Positions 27,803 to 37,443 of a stretch of DNA of 64,000 bases are shown one piece after another; position 1 is the stretch's first letter, and each line of letters opens with the position of its first letter. Where the stretch lies: assembly GCA_022823865.1 (NCBI GenBank), contig JAJEHF010000002.1, forward strand, positions 34,731 to 98,730, read 5' to 3'. The stretch is from Bryobacterales bacterium (lineage in GTDB: Bacteria; Acidobacteriota; Terriglobia; Bryobacterales; UBA6623). The notes under the pieces were generated by a model. The model saw only the letters and a program-made list of their open reading frames with translations, did not search any database and was not told the origin of the DNA. Position numbers and translations under genes: made by a program.

Positions 27803-28032
27803 CTCCAAGATCGGGCAATGCGCGACCCGCTTGCGCTTCCACACGGCGGCCTGGCGCCCCTCCAGCGCATTGAAGCCACAACGCCATCGCAGCGTCGCCG
27901 GGCCGGCACGCGAGCGGCCTAGTGGCGCTTGCCCGATGGAGCGGGAATCCGTCCCGTTCACCAAGGCTTCGCGCCCGCCTGTAGCAAAATCCTATGGTTT
28001 CTCCACAGGTGCGCCTAAGCTGTTTAGCTCAA

Positions 28033-30471
28033 ATGTCATCCCTGTGCCTCCGCCTCCTAGCCGCCTCGGCTATAGCCATTCTTGCAATCCCCGGGTCGGC
28101 ACAGACGACGGGCACCCTTGCCGGAACCGTTTCGATGAAGGAGACGGGCAGCCCGATGCACGGCGCGAACGTGCTCATCGTCGAGCTGGGCCGCAGCATT
28201 CTCTCCGACGACGACGGAGGATTCGAATTCGACCGCGTTCCGCCCGGGACATACCATGTCGTTGCCCATCTGGACCACATCTTCACGGAAGCCGCAAAGA
28301 CCGTACAGGTAGAGTCCGGCCGCGCGGCATCGGTCGATTTCCTCCTTGCACTGGTCACCGACCGGTACGAAATCACAGTCACCGCGTCGGAGCTCCACGA
28401 GACGACTTTCGAGTCCTTCCAGGATGTCGAGTCTCTGGATGCCTATGACCTGGCCGAAGGAACGGCCATATCGCTGGGCGAGGCGCTGGACCACCAGGTC
28501 GGGACCGGAATCGCAAAGCGCAGCTTTGGCCCTGGCAGTTCGCGGCCGATCATCCGGGGATTCGACGGCGACCGCGTCCTAGTCATGGAGGACGGCATCA
28601 GCACCGGAACTCTGTCGTCACAGTCCGGCGACCACGGGGAAGTCGTGAACGTTGGGCAGCTGGCAAGACTTGAGATCGTGAAGGGGCCCGCGACGCTGTT
28701 GTACAGCGGCAACGCGATGGGAGGCACGGTCAATGCGATCAGCCGCCACCACGAGCATCACCCCCATCCACACGAAGGCTTTCGAGGATTCCTGTCGGGT
28801 TCAGGCGGGACTGCGAATGCGCTGGCGGGAGGGAATGCGGGCTTCGAACTCGGAGTCGGGAGGACGATGCTCTGGGGCCACGGCGGAGGGATTCGCACAG
28901 GAGATTACACGGCGGCGGGACAAGGCCAGATCTACAATTCCCGGTCGGAGCTCATGAACGGAGGGGGCGGGTTCGGCTGGTACGGGAAATCGATGTTCCT
29001 CACCGCTGAAGCGAGGGTCGACCGTGGCGACTCCGGAGTTCCCTTCGCTCAGGAGTTCCACGCGCACGGGCATGAGGAGGAGGACGACCACGACGACGAA
29101 GACGACGACCACAAAGAGGGCGAGGACGAAGACGAGGACGAAGATCACGACGAAGAGGAAGAAGATCACGAGGAGGAGGAGCTCGAGCGAGTCTCCCTCC
29201 AGAGCCGTCGCACAAGCTACCGGGTGACGTGGGGCCTGCAGAATCTCGATGGACCTGTCGAGAGCTTCGACCTCAAGCTGAGCTACGTCGACTGGAACCA
29301 TGACGAGATCGAGCACTTCGCGGATGGCGAGTCGGCTATCGGGACGATGTTCCACAACAATCGGTTCACCTATCGCGGGGTGTTCGAACAAAGACAGCGG
29401 GGACTGCTGTCGGGTCGGTTCGGCGTCTGGGGTGTTGACCGCGCCTACGAGGCCACGGGCGAGGAGGCACTCTCCCCGCCAGTCGACCAGAACGGGCTCG
29501 CATTCTTCGCCCTGGAAGAGCTGGACTTCGAACGATTCAAGATCCAGTTCGGGGGACGCATCGAGACACAGCGCTACAAGCCCGCGTACGCGGAACGCGA
29601 AGGCCACGACGAGGAAGAGGAAGAGGGAGGAGACCACGCCGAGGGCGACGAGGGCGAGGGCGAGGAGGAGGACCACCACGAAGAGCGGGAGCCTCCCGAT
29701 GCAGTCGATCGGGCCTTCACCGGAGGCTCGGCCGCGATCGGCATCCACGCCGATACCTGGCAGGGAGGGGCGTTCGTAGCCAACTTCGCCAGAAGCTTCC
29801 GCGCACCGTCGCTCGAGGAGCTGTACAACTTCGGACCACACGCCGGAAACAGGGCATTCGAGATCGGCAATCCCGGCCTGGCTGCCGAGACCGGAAACGG
29901 AATCGATGTCTCGTTGCGACACAACGAGGGCCGTGTCCGCGCCGAATTCAACGTCTTCTACTACGACTTCGACAACTTCATCTTCCCGTTCTCCACCGGC
30001 GAGCTGGTTGACGAGTTCCTAGAGATCGAGTACACGCAGCGCAACGCCCGTTTCACCGGCGCAGAAGCGAGCCTCGGGATCGACCTGAATGACGTTCTTC
30101 GCCTGAACCTCGGCATGGACTATGTCGATGCGAAGGACACCGATACCAACACGTACCTGCCTCGGATCCCGCCCTTGCGCGGGCGCATAGGCTTCGACCT
30201 TCGCAAGGGCGGCTTCCGCCTGTCCCCGGAATTTGTGATGGCAAGCGAACAGAGCCGGACGTTCACGGGCGAAACCGCGACACCCGGGTATACGGTCGTG
30301 AACCTCAAGGCCGCCTACACCGTCGCCCGCCAGCACTTGGCACACCAGTTCGCGGCCGAAGTGTTCAATATCGGGGACCAGCTCTACCGGAACCATTCGT
30401 CCTTCATCAAGGACCTGGCCCCTGAGATCGGTCGAGGCGTGCGGTTTACGTATACCGTGCGATTCTTCTGA
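28033..30471 (+). CDS. TonB-dependent receptor with N-terminal CarboxypepD_reg domain and His/Asp/Glu-rich insertions
   Basis: ATG 28033 gives signal MSSLCLRLLAASAIAILAIPGSAQ. It has a carboxypeptidase-regulatory-like fold (GTLAGTV...GTYHVVAHLDH), a plug (RPIIRGFDGDRVLVMEDG) and the terminal ...RFTYTVRFF. Acidic/His inserts lie at 28747-28776, 29059-29187 and 29593-29700. Confidence 0.88.
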   Translation: MSSLCLRLLAASAIAILAIPGSAQTTGTLAGTVSMKETGSPMHGANVLIVELGRSILSDDDGGFEFDRVPPGTYHVVAHLDHIFTEAAKTVQVESGRAASVDFLLALVTDRYEITVTASELHETTFESFQDVESLDAYDLAEGTAISLGEALDHQVGTGIAKRSFGPGSSRPIIRGFDGDRVLVMEDGISTGTLSSQSGDHGEVVNVGQLARLEIVKGPATLLYSGNAMGGTVNAISRHHEHHPHPHEGFRGFLSGSGGTANALAGGNAGFELGVGRTMLWGHGGGIRTGDYTAAGQGQIYNSRSELMNGGGGFGWYGKSMFLTAEARVDRGDSGVPFAQEFHAHGHEEEDDHDDEDDDHKEGEDEDEDEDHDEEEEDHEEEELERVSLQSRRTSYRVTWGLQNLDGPVESFDLKLSYVDWNHDEIEHFADGESAIGTMFHNNRFTYRGVFEQRQRGLLSGRFGVWGVDRAYEATGEEALSPPVDQNGLAFFALEELDFERFKIQFGGRIETQRYKPAYAEREGHDEEEEEGGDHAEGDEGEGEEEDHHEEREPPDAVDRAFTGGSAAIGIHADTWQGGAFVANFARSFRAPSLEELYNFGPHAGNRAFEIGNPGLAAETGNGIDVSLRHNEGRVRAEFNVFYYDFDNFIFPFSTGELVDEFLEIEYTQRNARFTGAEASLGIDLNDVLRLNLGMDYVDAKDTDTNTYLPRIPPLRGRIGFDLRKGGFRLSPEFVMASEQSRTFTGETATPGYTVVNLKAAYTVARQHLAHQFAAEVFNIGDQLYRNHSSFIKDLAPEIGRGVRFTYTVRFF

Positions 30472-31156
30472 TCCGCCGCCCCGGGGCGCCCAGAGACCGG
30501 CGTTATCGCCATCGCGGAGCGTCTCACATGGCGCCGCTTGAGGTGCGAGCCCCAGGCCGGTGAGAGCGAACCGCTCAACCGGTTCCAAGCCTTGGCGCGT
30601 AAACTTGCGTTCGATGTGGCCGGGAGAGCAGACGTCGAGTACTGGCCTTCCCCGGTCCCGGGACAACCCGATCAGGGCTCGGCTCGCTGGGTGACTCTTG
30701 AGATCGAACGCAGCTGTCTGGCGGACATTGGTGGGGGATAGCTGCCGGTCAAGTTGCTGGGCATCGCTTGAAGCCCGTCAGGGACTGCCGCACGCTGACG
30801 TTAGCGGCGGCAAACGATGCCAGCCCGGTGGCTCACGCCAGCTGGATGTACACCGGGCATGCTCGCTGCTGCGCGACGCCTCTTGCGAGAACGCGCTGTC
30901 AAGCGCGCTGTGACGATTCGACATATTGCCCGTGCGTCTCTTCAAGCGGTCTGATTGTTGCGTCCCCGAGGCGCTCGACCGCCTACTCGCCGGACGCCAG
31001 CCCGTTCCCTTCTGCGGACCGCTCCGTGCCGTTCACACCAGAGGGCGTTCCAGTTGCAGCCCAAATGCCAAGACGTGTATCCTATTGGGCGCATCTAAGC
31101 CCTAGCCGCAGCGGCCCGTCCAGCGCTGGCGTCAGAGTGGGCATAGGAGGAATCAC

Positions 31157-32347
31157 ATGGCAACAAATCGAGGCGTTGCATATATTCGCCCCGGAGTCGT
31201 CGAAATCCAATCGATTGACTTTCCCAAGCTAGCGCTCGGGGATCGCAAGTGCGAGCACGGCGTGATCCTGCGGATCGTCTCCACCAATATCTGCGGCAGC
31301 GACCAACACATGGTCCGCGGTCGGACCACCGCACCGGAAGGACTCATCCTGGGTCACGAGATCACCGGCGAGGTGATCGAGGCCGGCCGCGATGTAGAGT
31401 TCATCTCCGTCGGCGACATCGTCTCGGTACCGTTCAACATCGCATGCGGACGTTGCCGCAACTGCAAGGGCGGGCTGACCGGCATCTGCCTCAACGTCAA
31501 TCCGGCCAGACCCGGCGCCGCATACGGCTACGTGGATATGGGCGGCTGGGTAGGCGGCCAGGCCGAGTACGTCATGGTCCCCTACGCCGACTTCAACCTG
31601 CTCAAGTTCCCTGACCGGGGCCAAGCCATGGAGAAGATCGGCGACTTGACGTTGCTTTCCGATATCTTCCCGACCGGCTACCACGGAGCGGTGACGGCGG
31701 GGGTGGGGCCGGGTTCGATCGTCTACGTCGCAGGCGGGGGGCCGGTCGGCCTAGCGAGCGCGCACGGCTGCCAGCTCCTCGGAGCGGCCTGCGTGATCGT
31801 TGGGGATATGATCCCCGAGCGGCTTGCCCAGGCGGCAAGCTTCGGCTGCGAGACCGTGGATCTGAGCAAGGACGCCTCGCTAGCGGAGCAGATCGAGCAG
31901 ATCGTGGGCGAGCCCGAAGTCGATTGCGGCGTGGACTGCGTGGGATTCGAGGCCCGCGGGCACGGCCGCGAAGCGGTTGTCGAGCGGCCTGCCACCGTGC
32001 TCAACGCGCTGATGGAGGTCACGCGGGCGGGCGGCGGCATCGGCATTCCGGGCCTGTACGTGACCGGAGATCCGGGCGGCGTCGACGACAACGCCAAGAT
32101 CGGCAACCTGGGCATTCGCATCGGCCTGGGGTGGGCCAAGTCCCACCACTTCATGACCGGCCAGTGCCCGGTGATGAAATACCACCGCCAGCTCATGCAG
32201 GCGATTCTGTACGGCAAGGCGTCTCCGGCCAAGGCGTGCAACGTCACCTACATCTCGCTGGACGAGGCTCCGCAAGGCTACAAGGACTTTGACAAGGGCG
32301 CGGCTCGGAAGTTCGTGATCGATCCGCACGCTCTAATCGCAGCCTGA
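31157..32347 (+). CDS. fdhA: glutathione-independent formaldehyde dehydrogenase (Zn-ADH family)
   Basis: AGGAGG lies 6 nt upstream of the ATG. NRGVAYIRPG...EHGVILRIVSTNICGSDQHMVRGRTTAPEGLILGHEITGEVIE closely matches the Pseudomonas FdhA N-terminus as I recall it. Confidence 0.85.
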   Translation: MATNRGVAYIRPGVVEIQSIDFPKLALGDRKCEHGVILRIVSTNICGSDQHMVRGRTTAPEGLILGHEITGEVIEAGRDVEFISVGDIVSVPFNIACGRCRNCKGGLTGICLNVNPARPGAAYGYVDMGGWVGGQAEYVMVPYADFNLLKFPDRGQAMEKIGDLTLLSDIFPTGYHGAVTAGVGPGSIVYVAGGGPVGLASAHGCQLLGAACVIVGDMIPERLAQAASFGCETVDLSKDASLAEQIEQIVGEPEVDCGVDCVGFEARGHGREAVVERPATVLNALMEVTRAGGGIGIPGLYVTGDPGGVDDNAKIGNLGIRIGLGWAKSHHFMTGQCPVMKYHRQLMQAILYGKASPAKACNVTYISLDEAPQGYKDFDKGAARKFVIDPHALIAA

Positions 32348-32394
32348 CCGCAAGCGGATTCCCGCCGGGTCCCCCATCGGTGTAGCATGGGGGC

Positions 32395-33336
32395 ATGCAA
32401 CAGAAAACCTCGCGGCGTCGGCTGCTTGCCGCAGCTGGGGCTGGCGCACTGGGTGCGGCATGTGCCCGGCCATCTTCGGAGGCTGAACCAATGTCAGCCG
32501 ATCCCGCCAGCGGGATCCGGCTGGGTGTTTCCACGTATTCGTACTGGCACTTCCTCGAGGAGAAGTACCCCATCGAGAACGTGATCGACCACGCGGCCGC
32601 GCTGGGTTTCGACGGCGTCGAGATCTTGCACCGCCAGATGGAGAACGAGACGCCCGAGTACATGAACGCGCTCAAGCGCCGCGCATGGGACGAAGGCTTG
32701 GACCTGATCATGCTCTCGATCCACCAAGATTTCGTCGATCCCAGCGCGGACAAGCGGCAGGAGGCCATCTCCCATACCAAGCACTGCATCGATCTGGCCC
32801 ATCAATTGGGTATCCCGGCAATCCGGCTCAACACCGGACGCTGGGGCACGATCAGGTCATTCGACGACCTGATGGCGGCCGATGGGAACGAACCAGCCCT
32901 CGAGGGGTACACCGACGAGGACGCCATCGGCTGGTGCGTGGACTCGATCCGCGAATGCCTGCCCCACGCCGCACAGGCCGGAGTCGTGATGGCCCTGGAG
33001 AACCACTGGGGGCTGTCCACGAAGGTCGACGTCCTCCTGCGCATCCACCGCGAGGTCGGCGATCCCTGGCTCGGCATCAACATGGATACGGGCAACTATG
33101 TCGGGGACCCGTACCCTCAAATGGAACAGCTCGCCCCGCACGCCAACATCGTGCAGGCCAAGACCTATCCGGGCGGCGGCGTCTGGTATACGCTCGACCT
33201 CGACTACCCGCGCATCGCCCAGATCCTGCGTGACGCCGGCTTCAAGGGCTATGTGTCGCTTGAAATGGAAGGCAACGCGCCGGCCGAGCAGGCGGTCGCG
33301 GAAAGCTTCGAAGTCCTGCGCGGAGCATTCGCCTAG
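32395..33336 (+). CDS. xylose-isomerase-like TIM-barrel protein (sugar phosphate isomerase/epimerase) with Tat signal
   Basis: [24 protein letters not shown] leader. AP_endonuc_2-type motifs (FDGVEI, ALENHWG, NMDTGN, VSLEMEG). Confidence 0.8.
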   Translation: MQQKTSRRRLLAAAGAGALGAACARPSSEAEPMSADPASGIRLGVSTYSYWHFLEEKYPIENVIDHAAALGFDGVEILHRQMENETPEYMNALKRRAWDEGLDLIMLSIHQDFVDPSADKRQEAISHTKHCIDLAHQLGIPAIRLNTGRWGTIRSFDDLMAADGNEPALEGYTDEDAIGWCVDSIRECLPHAAQAGVVMALENHWGLSTKVDVLLRIHREVGDPWLGINMDTGNYVGDPYPQMEQLAPHANIVQAKTYPGGGVWYTLDLDYPRIAQILRDAGFKGYVSLEMEGNAPAEQAVAESFEVLRGAFA

Positions 33337-33621
33337 AGAGCGGCCATCGCTCGGTTGCTTCTCGTTGAAGGACCGGCCACCGAGCAGCCGGCCGCTCGAC
33401 ATTTGATCCCGTCTGGCGGCAGAGCATTAGCGGGTCGCGGCTGCGGGAGAGGTCGATCAGATAGACAGGCTGGGGCCTGGCGGGCCGGCCCGACAGCCAA
33501 GGGCGGGGCTACGAGCGACTATTTGCCCGGCAAAGGCGCCCACGGGCGTTCAGTCTCAATGCCGCGATGCGGGCCACGGCTTCGGCCTCGCACAGTCTGC
33601 TAGCCTTGATAGTCATTCGCC

Positions 33622-34413
33622 ATGCGGCTACTGACATCCATCGCACTGCTCGCGGTGATTCCGGCCATCCTCAGCGCTGCGCGGACCCACGAGACCAACC
33701 CTATGAGTTCGCCGGAGGACTTCGAGGAGGGCCGACGACTGTATCGCATCAACTGCGGGGTCTGCCACGGCATGGAGGGCAAGACTGGACGCGGCTCCCG
33801 CTTGGCGCGTCGCAGCTACCGCCATGGCAATGCCGATGCCGCCCTCTTCGACCTGATCGAAGGCGGAATCCCGGGCACGGACATGCCCGGACTGTGGCTT
33901 GACGAGGATGACATCTGGAGAATCCTCCTGTTCGTCCGCACGTTCGCGGAGAAAGCCAGCGAGGTCTGTAACGCGAGCGGCGACGCGGCCGCCGGAAAGC
34001 GCGTCTTCGACTCGCAGGGTTCGTGCCTGGCCTGCCACACCGTCGGGAGTCGCGGCGGCCGGCTCGGCCCGGACATGTCGTTCGCGGGCGTGCAGTACAC
34101 CGACCAGCAACTGCGCGATGCGCTGCTGGAGCCCTCGCGCGAGGTGACCGGCCGTTACGAGACCGCGAGACTTGTCACAGCGGAAGGCGAACGCGTCGAG
34201 GGTGTGGTGATGAACGAGAACAGCTACAACATCTTCGTCATGGACCGTTCCGAGAACATCCGGTCGTTCCGCAAAGCGGAGCTTCGATCGCTCGATCTCC
34301 CGGAGGAATCGCTGATGCCTGCCTATGGGGACCTGCTGAGCACTGCAGATCTCGAAAACCTGATCGCCTACCTGTGCTCGCTGCAGGGGCCGGCCGAGGA
34401 GGTCGCGCAGTGA
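33622..34413 (+). CDS. dihaem c-type cytochrome (Planctomycete/Verrucomicrobia-type haem-binding domain)
   Basis: Signal MRLLTSIALLAVIPAILSA. Two CxxCH sites (CGVCHGMEG and CLACHTVG). The stop overlaps the start of the downstream PQQ-ADH. Confidence 0.85.
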   Translation: MRLLTSIALLAVIPAILSAARTHETNPMSSPEDFEEGRRLYRINCGVCHGMEGKTGRGSRLARRSYRHGNADAALFDLIEGGIPGTDMPGLWLDEDDIWRILLFVRTFAEKASEVCNASGDAAAGKRVFDSQGSCLACHTVGSRGGRLGPDMSFAGVQYTDQQLRDALLEPSREVTGRYETARLVTAEGERVEGVVMNENSYNIFVMDRSENIRSFRKAELRSLDLPEESLMPAYGDLLSTADLENLIAYLCSLQGPAEEVAQ

Positions 34414-36023
34414 AGACCCTGCTATTGCGATGGATGCTCCCGTCGGCACTGCTCTGCGCCGCTGCCGCGGCGGGAGAGGTGACCTATCAGGACCTGCTGA
34501 ACGACCCGAACGTAGCATCCGACTGGCTGAACTATCACGGGGGTTACGCCGGGCACCGGCACAGCCTGCTGGACGAGGTGAACCGCTCGAACGTCGAGTC
34601 CCTGCGACTGCAGTGGGCCTTCCAGGAAAAGATCGCTGAGAAGTTCGAAGTCACGCCCATCGTCCATGACGGAATCATGTACATCACTGTCCCGCCAGGC
34701 GATGTCTACGCGCTAGACGCGGAGACCGGGGCCCGGCTGTGGCGGTATTCCAGGCGCCTGCCCGCCAAGCTGATCGCATGCTGCGGGCTCGTCAACCGCG
34801 GTCTGGCGATCCTGGGCGACCGGCTGTTCATGGCGACCCTGGACGCCTACACTATCGCGCTGGACCGCAAGACGGGGCGCCTGCTGTGGGAGACGGAACT
34901 GATCGATTACTCCCTAGGCTATTCGGGCACGCTCGCGCCCTTGGTGGTCAAGGACATGGTCATGGTCGGCACGGCCGGAGGCGAGTACGGCATCCGGGGG
35001 TTTATCGACGCCTTCGATGTCGAGACCGGAGAGCGCCGCTGGCGCTTCTACACCGTCCCGGGCCCGGGAGAGTTCGGCAACGACACTTGGTCCGGAGACT
35101 CGTGGAAGACTGGCGGGGCCTCGATCTGGATCACCCCCAGCTACGACCCCGAACTGAACCTCGTCTACTGGGGAGTGGGCAATCCGGGGCCGGACTGGAA
35201 CGGCGATGTGCGCCTGGGGGACAACCTGTTCTCGGATTCCGTGGTCGCCCTGGACGCGGACACCGGCAAGCGCAAGTGGCACTTCCAGTTCACCCCGCAT
35301 GACGTCCATGACTGGGACGCCACGCAAGTCATGGTGCTGATCGACCGGGAGTACCGAGGAGTGGAGCGCAAGCTGCTGGTGACCGCCAACCGGAACGGCT
35401 TCATCTACATGCTGGATCGCGAAACGGGCGAGTTTCTCAAGGCGACGCAATTCGTCAAGCAGACCTGGGCGGTCGGGATTTCCGAAGAAGGCCGACCGAT
35501 TCGGCGGCCGGGCATGGAGCCGAGCGCCGAGGGCATCGAGGTGTACCCGGCGGTGGCCGGCGGCACGAATTGGATGTCTCCTGCCTACAGTCCAGACACG
35601 GGCTTGCTGTACGTCTCTTGCCGCGAAGGCAGCAGCATGTACTTCAAGGGCGAGACCGAGTACCGGCCCGGCACCCGCTACTGGGGCAGCATGTTCGTCA
35701 ACGAGTCCACCATGGGCGAGTGGTACGGCGCTGTCCGGGCATTCCATCCGGTGACTGCCGAGAAGGTCTGGGAGCACAAGCTCTTCCAGCCGGTGTGGGC
35801 CGGATTGCTCTCCACGGCCGGCGGCTTGGTGTTTGCCGGAGGCAGCGGTGGCTTCTTCAAGGCGCTTGATTCCGAATCGGGCGAGGAGCTGTGGCGAATC
35901 AACCTCGGAGCGTCGATCCTTGCCAGCCCGATGACGTACGAGGTCAACGGCCGCCAGCTGGTTGCGGTTGCCTCCGGCGGCGGGATGTTCGTGTTCGCGC
36001 TGCCGCAAGAATCCGCGCCGTAG
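34410..36023 (+). CDS. PQQ-dependent alcohol dehydrogenase (methanol/ethanol family, no haem domain)
   Basis: GTG 34410 (GTGA overlap with the cytochrome c stop) gives signal VKTLLLRWMLPSALLCAAAAAG. DWLNYHGGYAGHRHS, the vicinal disulfide LIACCGLVNRG and the active-site stretch HDVHDWDAT. Confidence 0.9.
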   Translation: MKTLLLRWMLPSALLCAAAAAGEVTYQDLLNDPNVASDWLNYHGGYAGHRHSLLDEVNRSNVESLRLQWAFQEKIAEKFEVTPIVHDGIMYITVPPGDVYALDAETGARLWRYSRRLPAKLIACCGLVNRGLAILGDRLFMATLDAYTIALDRKTGRLLWETELIDYSLGYSGTLAPLVVKDMVMVGTAGGEYGIRGFIDAFDVETGERRWRFYTVPGPGEFGNDTWSGDSWKTGGASIWITPSYDPELNLVYWGVGNPGPDWNGDVRLGDNLFSDSVVALDADTGKRKWHFQFTPHDVHDWDATQVMVLIDREYRGVERKLLVTANRNGFIYMLDRETGEFLKATQFVKQTWAVGISEEGRPIRRPGMEPSAEGIEVYPAVAGGTNWMSPAYSPDTGLLYVSCREGSSMYFKGETEYRPGTRYWGSMFVNESTMGEWYGAVRAFHPVTAEKVWEHKLFQPVWAGLLSTAGGLVFAGGSGGFFKALDSESGEELWRINLGASILASPMTYEVNGRQLVAVASGGGMFVFALPQESAP

Positions 36024-36114
36024 AAGGCCCCGGAGTCCTGCGGTGGGTCGGCCAGGCGCCAGGGTTGGACACAGCAAGCGAGCAGTCGGGCCGCGGCCGC
36101 ACGGAGGTGAAGCG

Positions 36115-37419
36115 ATGAGCACCCGCAGGCAGACGACAGAGAACACCGATCTGGGCGCCGTCACCCGGCGCCGGATGGCGCGGGGAGTCGGCGCGGTCCT
36201 CGGATCCGCGGCGGTGATGCGGGAGTTGCGGGCGGAAGCGTTGGCGGCGCCTTCCGCGGCCGTTGCTCAGGCCGCGTCCGTGGGCTCCTACGACCCGGAC
36301 TGGCTGCCCCCGGGCGTGCGCTCGCGCTTCGTCCACGGCGTCAACGGGCTCACGATGCACGTGCTGGATGCCGGCTTCGAGACCGGCGGGCGCCCGGCTC
36401 TGCTGCTGCTGCACGGCTTCCCCGAGCTCGGCTACAGCTGGCGGCACGTGCTGGCGCCGCTGGCCGCGGCCGGCTATCACGTCATCGCGCCGGATCAGCG
36501 CGGCTACGGCCGCACCACCGGCTGGAGCGCGGACTACGACGGCGACCTGCGGCCGTTCAGCCGGATGAACGCCGTGCGCGACGCCCTCGCGCTGGTATGG
36601 GCGTTCGGCTACCGCACCGTGGACGCCGTCATCGGCCACGATTTCGGATCGCCGATCGCCGCCTGGTGCGCCGTGGCGCGGCCAGATGTGTTCCGGGCGG
36701 TGGCGCTGATGAGCGCCCCGTTCGGCGGCACGCCGACGTTTCCGTTCGGGACGGCTGACGACGGCCCGCGCGCCGCGCCGGCCGCCGAGCCGGACATCTA
36801 CGAGGAGCTGGCGCGCCTGCCCCGCCCGCGCAAGCACTACCAGCGCTACTACCGAACACGCGAGGCGAACCCCAACATGTGGCGCGCCCCGCAGGGCGTC
36901 CACGCGTTCCTGCGCGCCTACTACCACCACAAGAGCGCCGACTGGGCCGCGAACCGCCCGCACCGGCTGGCATCGTGGACGGCCGCCGAGGTCGCGCAGA
37001 TGCCGACCTACTACATCATGGACCTCGACATGGGCATGGCGGAGACTGTCGCCCGCGAGATGCCGACCGCGGCCGAGATCGCGGCCAACCGCTGGCTGCC
37101 CGACGACGAGCTGCGCGTCTACAGCACGGAGTACGAGCGCAACGGGTTCCAGGGCGGCCTGCAGTGGTACCGCTCCGGCGTGATCACGGACGAGCCGCTG
37201 ACCTTCGCCGGCCGCACGATCGACATCCCGTCGCTGTTCATCGGCGGCGCGAGCGACTGGGGCGTCTATCAGCGCCCGGGGGCGTTCGAGCGGATGCAGG
37301 AGAGCGCCTGCACCGACTTTCGCGGCGCGCACCTGCTCGACGGCGCCGGCCACTGGGTGCAGCAGGAGCGGCCCGAGGAGACCGTCCGCCTGCTGCTGGA
37401 GTTCCTGCGGGCAGCGTAG
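36115..37419 (+). CDS. alpha/beta hydrolase, epoxide-hydrolase-like, Tat-type leader
   Basis: ATG 36115 inside ORF 35962..37419. Leader TRRRMARGVGAVLGSAAV. LLLLHGFPELGYSWRH and the nucleophile elbow GHDFGS. Confidence 0.82.
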   Translation: MSTRRQTTENTDLGAVTRRRMARGVGAVLGSAAVMRELRAEALAAPSAAVAQAASVGSYDPDWLPPGVRSRFVHGVNGLTMHVLDAGFETGGRPALLLLHGFPELGYSWRHVLAPLAAAGYHVIAPDQRGYGRTTGWSADYDGDLRPFSRMNAVRDALALVWAFGYRTVDAVIGHDFGSPIAAWCAVARPDVFRAVALMSAPFGGTPTFPFGTADDGPRAAPAAEPDIYEELARLPRPRKHYQRYYRTREANPNMWRAPQGVHAFLRAYYHHKSADWAANRPHRLASWTAAEVAQMPTYYIMDLDMGMAETVAREMPTAAEIAANRWLPDDELRVYSTEYERNGFQGGLQWYRSGVITDEPLTFAGRTIDIPSLFIGGASDWGVYQRPGAFERMQESACTDFRGAHLLDGAGHWVQQERPEETVRLLLEFLRAA

Positions 37420-37443
37420 CCGCGCGCGTCACGGAGACGCCTG

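Noticed and set aside
27980-28007. Imperfect inverted repeat TGTAGCAAAA-N8-TTTCTCCACA upstream of the TonB receptor, considered as a Fur/Zur box feature.
   Set aside because: Only 7 of 10 positions are symmetric, and there is no resemblance to the Fur or Zur consensus sequences I know. It is mentioned within the receptor finding but not called as a feature.
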